From contig CAJXLG010000002.1 in NCBI GenBank assembly GCA_913055885.1, forward strand, positions 1 to 41,436: DNA of 41,436 nt, given 5' to 3'. This DNA is from an uncultured Rhodospirillales bacterium (GTDB lineage Bacteria; Pseudomonadota; Alphaproteobacteria; Rhodospirillales; CAJXLG01). The position numbers were made by a program, and so were the translations under genes. The notes under the pieces were generated by a model. The model saw only the letters and a program-made list of their open reading frames with translations. It was not told the origin of the DNA and made no database searches. Of this stretch, positions 36,047 to 41,436 are shown one piece after another. The first letter of the stretch is position 1, and each line of letters begins with the position of its first letter.

Positions 36047-36796
36047 ATGAGCATCAGCATCGGCGACCTGGCCGCCAAGGGCCTGACCGCTTTCATTGCC
36101 GACCTGGACGGCGTGGTGACGGACACGGCCGACGTCCACGCCCGGGCGTGGAAACGGCTGTTCGACGCCTTTCTGGAGGGCCGCGAGGGACCCGGGTGCA
36201 GGCCCTTCGACGCCGAGGGGGACTACCGCGAATACGTGGACGGCAAGCCGCGGTACGACGGCGTGCGGGCCTTCCTGGAATCGCGCGGCATCACCCTGCC
36301 GGAAGGCACGCCCGACGACCCGCCCGACGCCGAGACGGTGTGCGGCCTGGGCAACCGCAAGAACGAGCGCTTCCGCGAGACGGTGGAACGCGACGGCGTC
36401 ACCGTCTACGACGGCGCCGTGGCGCTCCTGGAGGCCCTGCGGGCGCGCGGTTTTGCCGTGGGGCTGGTGTCGTCGTCGAAGAACACGCAACTCGTGGTCG
36501 AGGCCGCCGGCCTGGCGCGGCTGTTCGATACCGTGGTGGACGGCGTGGACCGCGAGCGCCTGGGCCTGCCCGGCAAGCCCGCCCCCGACACCTTCACCCT
36601 GGCGGCCGAGCGCCTGGGGGTGGCGCCGGCGGCGGCCGTGGTGGCCGAGGATGCCGTGGTGGGCGTGGAGGCCGGGCGGGCCGGCGGCTTCGGCCTGGTG
36701 CTGGGGGTGGATCGCGGCAGCGGCCCCGACGCCCTGAAGGCCCACGGCGCCGACGTGGTGGTGAACGATCTGGGGGAGGTGGACCGTGACGGCTGA
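36047..36796 (+). CDS. pgmB: HAD-superfamily beta-phosphoglucomutase-family hydrolase
   Basis: HAD motif I FIADLDGVVTDT, motif II VSSS, motif III GKPAPD, motif IV AEDAVVGVEAG. The insert YREYVDGKPRYDGVRAFL is typical of the beta-PGM subfamily. Confidence 0.8.
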   Translation: MSISIGDLAAKGLTAFIADLDGVVTDTADVHARAWKRLFDAFLEGREGPGCRPFDAEGDYREYVDGKPRYDGVRAFLESRGITLPEGTPDDPPDAETVCGLGNRKNERFRETVERDGVTVYDGAVALLEALRARGFAVGLVSSSKNTQLVVEAAGLARLFDTVVDGVDRERLGLPGKPAPDTFTLAAERLGVAPAAAVVAEDAVVGVEAGRAGGFGLVLGVDRGSGPDALKAHGADVVVNDLGEVDRDG

Positions 36797-37619
36797 AAGC
36801 GACGCGGGCCGGCCGCTGGCCGAGGTGCCCGACGCCATCAACGCCCTGGAGGCCCTGCGCGGCGCTTTGGCGGACAGGCGGCCGGCGTTCTTCCTGGACT
36901 ACGACGGCACCCTGACGCCCATCGTGTCGCGGCCGGACCTGGCGCGGCTGTCGGAATCGGCGCGCACCGCCCTGGACGGCCTGGCGCGGCGCTACCCGGT
37001 GGCGGTGGTGAGCGGCCGCGACCGGCGCGACGTGGAGGAACTGGTGGGGCTGGAGAGCGTCATCTACGCCGGCAGCCACGGTTTCGACATCCGGCTGCCC
37101 GACGGCCGCACCCTGGAGCACGAGGCGGAACAGCGCTTCGTGCCCGAGGTGGCCGCCGCCGCCGAGGACCTGCAGAAGCGGCTCCGGGGCATCGACGGCG
37201 CCCTGGTGGAGGCCAAGCGCTTCTCCGCCGCCGCCCACTACCGCAACGTGGCCGAGGCCGACGTGCCCGCCTTCCAGCAGGCGGTGGACGCCGTCCTCGC
37301 CGACCACCCGGGCCTCAAGCGCAAGCCCGGAAAGATGGTGGTGGAGGTGCAGCCCGACATCGAATGGGACAAGGGGCGCGCCGTCACCTGGCTGCTGGAC
37401 GCCCTGGACCTGGACACGGACGCGGTGGTGCCCCTGTTCTTCGGCGACGACGTCACCGACGAGGACGCCTTCCGCGCCCTGCGCGGGCGCGGCCTGGGCG
37501 TCGTCGTGGGGACACCGGAGGACGAGGGCGACCGCGCCACCCTGGCCGATTATCGCGTGGACAACCCGGACGAGGTGATGGCGCTCGTGAAGCGCCTCAC
37601 ACCGGAGCAAGGGAGTTGA
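36786..37619 (+). CDS. otsB: Trehalose-6-phosphate phosphatase (OtsB-type HAD-IIB)
   Basis: The GTG at 36786 lies 6 nt after GGAGG and overlaps the pgmB 3' end by 11 nt. Motifs are [17 protein letters not shown] and [12 protein letters not shown]. Confidence 0.8.
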   Translation: MTAESDAGRPLAEVPDAINALEALRGALADRRPAFFLDYDGTLTPIVSRPDLARLSESARTALDGLARRYPVAVVSGRDRRDVEELVGLESVIYAGSHGFDIRLPDGRTLEHEAEQRFVPEVAAAAEDLQKRLRGIDGALVEAKRFSAAAHYRNVAEADVPAFQQAVDAVLADHPGLKRKPGKMVVEVQPDIEWDKGRAVTWLLDALDLDTDAVVPLFFGDDVTDEDAFRALRGRGLGVVVGTPEDEGDRATLADYRVDNPDEVMALVKRLTPEQGS

Positions 37620-37629
37620 GAGGCAACCG

Positions 37630-40077
37630 ATGCCCGACTGGACCCTCACCTATGATTCGTACGACCCCGGGCAGCAGGGCCTGCGCGAGGCCCTGTGCGC
37701 CCTGGGCAACGGCTATTTCTGCACGCGCGGCGCCTTCCCCTGGGTGAAGGCGGACGAGACCCACTATCCGGGCACCTATCTGGCGGGCGGCTACAACCGC
37801 CTCGTCACCCACGTGTCCGGCCGCGACGTGGAGAACGAGGACCTGGTCAACATGCCCAACTGGCTGCCCCTCACCTTCCGCCCGGCGGGGGGCGACTGGC
37901 TGGACATGAATGCCTGCGAGATCCTCGATTTCCACCAGGAAGTGCACCTTTACGAGGGCCTTCTGCGCGTCCACCTGCGGGTGCGCGACGGCGCCGGGCG
38001 CGAGACTTCCCTGGATTGCCGGCGCTTCGTCAACATGAACGAGCGCCACACGGCCGGTCAGGCGCTGACCATCACGCCCGAGAACTGGACGGAGCGCATG
38101 GAGATCCGCTCCGCCCTGGACGGCAAGGTCATCAACGGCGGCGTCAAACGCTACCAGAAGCTCAACAACACCCATCTGGAATCGCGCGAAGGGGACGCCT
38201 TCACGGGCGATCTCACCGGCGAGCGCATGGTCTACATGGCCGTGGAGACCAACCAGTCGCATCTGCGCGTGGCCCAGGCGGCGCGCACCCGGCTCATGCG
38301 CGACGGCCAGCGCATCACGCCCCTGTCGGAAGAGGTGGCCGCCGAGCCCGGCCACGTCGCCCACGTCCTGGGCGTCGAGGCGGAGGCGGGGCATCCCGTG
38401 ACCGTCGAGAAGGTGGTGGCCATGTACTGTTCGCGCGACACGGCCATTTCCGAGCCGGGCATCGCGGCGCGCGAACGGGCGGATTCGGCGGCCGATTTCG
38501 CCGGGCTGTTCGAGGAACACCGCAAGGCCTGGGCGCGCCTGTGGGACCGCTGCGACATCGGCATCGCCGACGGCCCGGAGGGCCAGGCGCAGCTCGCGCT
38601 CCGGGTGCACATCTTCCACCTCCTCCAGACCGTCTCGCCCAACAGCATCCAGCTCGACGTGGGCGTGCCGGCGCGCGGCTGGCACGGCGAGGCCTATCGC
38701 GGCCACATCTTCTGGGACGAGCTGTTCATCCTGCCCCTTCTGAACCTGCGCCTGCCGGCGGTAAGCCGCGCCATGCTGCGCTATCGCGGCAGCCGGCTGG
38801 ACCGCGCCCGGCTGGCGGCGCGCCGGGCCGGCCTCGGGGGCGCCCTGTTCCCATGGCAGAGCGGCAGCGACGGCCGCGAGGAAAGCCAGTCGCTCCACCT
38901 GAACCCGCGCTCCGGGCGCTGGATTCCCGACAACTCGTGGCAGCAGCGCCACGTGAACCTCGCCATCGCCTACAACATCTGGCAGTACTACGTGGTGTCG
39001 GGCGAGAAGGGCTTCCTGGAGATCCGGGGCGCCGAGATGCTCTTGGAGATCGCCCGCCTCTTCGCCTCCCTGGCCGTGTACGACGAGGCCACCGGCCGCT
39101 ACGACATTCACAAGGTGATGGGCCCCGACGAATACCACGACGGCTATCCGTGGGCCGACGAGCCGGGGCTTTCCAACAACGCCTACACCAACGTCATGGT
39201 GGCGTGGCTCATGACCACGGTGCTCCAGGCCCTGGACGAGCTGGACGCCGACCACCGCCGCGAGCTCATGGACAAGCTGGGCGTCAGCCAGGACGAGATG
39301 GACCACTGGGACGCCATGAGCCGGTCCATGAAGGTGGCCTTCCACGACGGCGACATCATCAGCCAGTTCGAGGGCTACGGCGATTTGGAGGAGTTCGACT
39401 GGGAGGGCTACAAGGCCAAGTACGGCGACATCCAGCGGCTGGACCGCATCCTGGAGGCCGAGGACAAGTCGCCCAATGCCTATAAGCTGTCCAAGCAGGC
39501 CGACGTCCTCATGCTCTTCTATCTCTTCTCCTTCCCGCGGCTGAAGGAGATCTTCGCCCGCCTCGGCTACACCTTCACCGAGGCCACATGGAACCGCAAC
39601 GTGGACTATTACCTGGCGCGCACGTCCCACGGCTCCACCCTGTCCTACGTGGTGCACACGTGGGTGCTGGCCCGCACCCGGCGCGCTGATGCGTGGGACC
39701 TGTTCAACCTCGCCCTGTACAGCGACATCGGCGACATCCAGGGCGGCACCACGGCCGAGGGCATCCACCTGGGCGCCATGGCCGGCACCGTGGACCTCGT
39801 GCAGCGCTGCTTCACCGGCCTGGACTTCCGCGAGGGCGCCCTGCACCTGGACCCCGTGCTCACCGAGCGGCTGCGCGAGATGACCCTGAAGGTGCGCTAC
39901 CTGGGCAACTGGCTGAACATTACGGTGACGCGCCGGGCCGTGACCATCACCGTGCACCCGAGCTGGGCGCGGCCCGTGCCCGTGTGCGTCCGCGGCGACT
40001 ACAAGGACCTCACGCCGGGCGAGTCCTATACCTTCATGCTTGAGGAAAAGACGGACGACGGCTCCGAGGTGGCGTGA
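37630..40077 (+). CDS. Glycoside hydrolase family 65 phosphorylase (trehalose/kojibiose/maltose phosphorylase-like)
   Basis: 815 aa. N-terminal W.L.Y..YDP...GLREALCALGNGYF. Central RGWHGEAYRGHIFWDE. Catalytic-acid region HKVMGPDEYH. All are typical of GH65. Confidence 0.88.
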   Translation: MPDWTLTYDSYDPGQQGLREALCALGNGYFCTRGAFPWVKADETHYPGTYLAGGYNRLVTHVSGRDVENEDLVNMPNWLPLTFRPAGGDWLDMNACEILDFHQEVHLYEGLLRVHLRVRDGAGRETSLDCRRFVNMNERHTAGQALTITPENWTERMEIRSALDGKVINGGVKRYQKLNNTHLESREGDAFTGDLTGERMVYMAVETNQSHLRVAQAARTRLMRDGQRITPLSEEVAAEPGHVAHVLGVEAEAGHPVTVEKVVAMYCSRDTAISEPGIAARERADSAADFAGLFEEHRKAWARLWDRCDIGIADGPEGQAQLALRVHIFHLLQTVSPNSIQLDVGVPARGWHGEAYRGHIFWDELFILPLLNLRLPAVSRAMLRYRGSRLDRARLAARRAGLGGALFPWQSGSDGREESQSLHLNPRSGRWIPDNSWQQRHVNLAIAYNIWQYYVVSGEKGFLEIRGAEMLLEIARLFASLAVYDEATGRYDIHKVMGPDEYHDGYPWADEPGLSNNAYTNVMVAWLMTTVLQALDELDADHRRELMDKLGVSQDEMDHWDAMSRSMKVAFHDGDIISQFEGYGDLEEFDWEGYKAKYGDIQRLDRILEAEDKSPNAYKLSKQADVLMLFYLFSFPRLKEIFARLGYTFTEATWNRNVDYYLARTSHGSTLSYVVHTWVLARTRRADAWDLFNLALYSDIGDIQGGTTAEGIHLGAMAGTVDLVQRCFTGLDFREGALHLDPVLTERLREMTLKVRYLGNWLNITVTRRAVTITVHPSWARPVPVCVRGDYKDLTPGESYTFMLEEKTDDGSEVA

Positions 40078-40101
40078 CCGCCATCCCGGTCGGGCGACGC
40101 G

Positions 40102-40136
40102 AAAAGCCCCGGCCCGTCGTGCGGGCCGGGGCTTTT
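40102..40136. terminator. Bidirectional rho-independent terminator between the convergent GH65 and small membrane-protein genes
   Basis: AAAAGCCCCGGCCCG-tcgtg-CGGGCCGGGGCTTTT. It has a 15-bp stem (including A/T ends) flanked by an A-run and a T-run, so it can terminate both strands. It starts 25 nt after the GH65 stop. Confidence 0.7.
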
Positions 40137-40153
40137 CGGCGGCGTATCCGGTT

Positions 40154-40447
40154 TCAGCCCGAGCGGGCGAAGATGCGCCGGCGGCGGGGCCGGCAGCTCC
40201 AGGCGAGCACCACGCCCGCCGACAGCAGCGGCACCCATGCCGGCGCCGCCAGAAGCCCGGCAACCATTTCGCCGGCCAGGGTGTGGGCGCCGCCCGCGGC
40301 CGGCGTCGTCCCCGCCAGGAGCAGCACCAGTTCGCGTGCCGCCAGCCCGTGCCAGTCGCCCGTCCCGAGCAGCATCACGGCGTCGCCCGACGCCGCCAGG
40401 GACGCCAGGCCCAGCAACAGCCATCCGATGACACGCCCGATGAACAC
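40154..40447 (-). CDS. Small hydrophobic membrane protein, unknown function
   Basis: The GC-rich, high-GC3 frame encodes about three hydrophobic segments (VIGWLLLGLASLAA, LVLLLAG, AWVPLLSAGVVLAW). The GTG at 40447 follows a G-run. The ORF-track start (TTG 40531) lies in low-GC non-coding-looking DNA. A TAGAAT -10-like box is at 40476-40471 (minus). Weak call. Confidence 0.35.
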   Translation of the reverse strand: MFIGRVIGWLLLGLASLAASGDAVMLLGTGDWHGLAARELVLLLAGTTPAAGGAHTLAGEMVAGLLAAPAWVPLLSAGVVLAWSCRPRRRRIFARSG

Positions 40448-40713
40448 CGCGCCCCCCCAATAACCTGCCGATTCTACGCTATTCCTCTCATGCCCAGTTT
40501 CAAGTTTGCACCCTAAGATCGGGTTAAGCAAGATTCTTTACGGCCAGAGCATGTTCCGACCGGACAACATCGGAAAATGCCTGCAAGGCCCTCCCGCATC
40601 CCCGGCAGAGCGTAGCCTCCGGTGTGATTTATGACAATACGACGAAAATTTGACGGAATCCGCGTAAGGGCGACGCCTCTTCGGGGCCAAGGCCCCGACG
40701 CACGAGGCGGGGC

Positions 40714-41097
40714 CTACTCTTCCGGCCGGTTCCGGCGGGGGGCCAGGGGGGAGGTCCGGGGCGGCGTGCCACCGGGACTGTACAGGGCGCCATTGACGAC
40801 ACTGCCGCCACCCGCTGTCAGCAGGCCCAGGCCGATGGCCGCCGGCGGCGCCACGCCGGTCGTGATGGCCGCGCCGGCCAGGCCGAAGCCCAGCACGCCG
40901 GGTTGCACGGGGTTGCCGTCCGATGGCCGGCGGCCCGTCCCCGGGGCGGGGGCCTTGCCGACCCCGACCGGGCCCGCGTCGGCCGGGCCGCCGACGCCCG
41001 CGGGCCCCGGTGCCTCCTGGGCGGTCCCGGGGGCCGGCGGCCCGAGGCAGGGCGTGGCGACCAGGGCGATGACGGACCATTTCCGGATCGTGCGCAT
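40714..41097 (-). CDS. Secreted Pro/Gly-rich protein with a C-terminal glycine-zipper-like hydrophobic segment
   Basis: The ATG at 41097 is preceded by GGGAGGG. Signal peptide MRTIRKWSVIALVATPCLG. Pro/Gly/Ala-rich linker. GVLGFGLAGAAITTGVAPPAAIGLGLLTAGGG resembles glycine-zipper membrane segments. No family confirmed. Confidence 0.55.
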   Translation of the reverse strand: MRTIRKWSVIALVATPCLGPPAPGTAQEAPGPAGVGGPADAGPVGVGKAPAPGTGRRPSDGNPVQPGVLGFGLAGAAITTGVAPPAAIGLGLLTAGGGSVVNGALYSPGGTPPRTSPLAPRRNRPEE

Positions 41098-41436
41098 GAA
41101 GCCCTCCCGGCACATCGTCTCCCGACGGGAAAAGAAGGCCCGGCCCCCATAATCCCGGACCACCACGTAGCCCGGGCTGGCAAGAGGCTTGCGTAGGGGG
41201 TCTCTTGGGCACTGTTATCAAAAGCTGGGGCGGCAGGGGCGGTTTGATGGGAATGGCTACTCGGAAGGCGAGTCTTGTTTTGAGGGTGGACGCGATTGGC
41301 GTGTGGGTAGGGGCGCGCCAGGGCACGCCTCCGGAATGTGAGGAGGTCATGGTTGGAATGAATGATGGGAGGTGAGAGGCCTTATCCGGGTGGACTGTCG
41401 GCCAAGCCGAGCAATCTTCGGCGCGCACCCGAGAAG

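Noticed and set aside
37597-40263. 888-aa minus-strand ORF opposite the GH65 gene
   Set aside because: It is antisense to a GH65 phosphorylase with family motifs throughout. It runs through the bidirectional terminator and gives a low-complexity translation.
41240-41400. CsrA/RsmA-sponge sRNA idea based on about eight GGA motifs on the plus strand, and a mini-ORF (ATG 41349, 8 codons) as a leader peptide
   Set aside because: With about 43% G, the number of GGA triplets is roughly what composition alone predicts. The GGAGG before ATG 41349 is only 2 nt away, too close for initiation, and no downstream gene is visible within the window.
41380-41436. Possible RNase P RNA end (the reverse complement GGCCGACAGUCCACCC resembles the E. 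coli P1/P2 5' segment GACCAGACAGUCGCCGC)
   Set aside because: The universally conserved GGAGGAAAGUCCGGGC core that should follow within ~60 nt on that strand is absent. The similarity is probably chance in G/C-rich sequence.

Overview
High-GC window (roughly 70% by eye). Gene content and codon bias look alphaproteobacterial (Rhodospirillales-like), which is inference only. I support about 38 protein-coding genes and saw no rRNA, tRNA or CRISPR array.

Gene order:
- proV (5'-truncated), proW and two tandem OpuAC/ProX-type binding proteins
- a tandem UspA protein
- a TPP-dependent enzyme translationally coupled to an ELM1 (DUF1022) family gene
- a 207-bp MITE-like insertion with 12-bp flanking direct repeats
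- a YkgJ-type Cys-cluster protein plus a sulfotransferase-domain protein
- a long minus-strand block: M48/TPR protease, DsbA, two small secreted proteins, periplasmic rhodanese, MCP, tetraheme cytochrome fusion, EAL phosphodiesterase with degenerate GGDEF, and SatP
- a GGT-family lipoprotein that appears to lack the catalytic Thr
- a class I/II aminotransferase and a sulfotransferase-like P-loop protein
- a NodU/CmcH-type carbamoyltransferase directly downstream of an orphan CHASE/PAS histidine kinase
- a GldA/GldF/GldG-like ABC module plus DUF4340
- a small lower-GC islet (tandem repeat, orphan gene, structured non-coding DNA, compositionally mosaic vapBC)
- an SMR exporter and a DXD glycosyltransferase-like gene
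- a split beta-PGM / trehalose-phosphatase / GH65 phosphorylase module
- two small membrane or secreted proteins, then a G-rich, C-poor non-coding stretch at the window end

Many of the largest ORFs in the six-frame track are antisense or out-of-frame artefacts of high GC and are rejected.

I found no clearly new multi-gene system. The best candidates for follow-up are the MITE-like element, the apparent GGT pseudoenzyme, the rhodanese-MCP-cytochrome block and the chimeric vapC.
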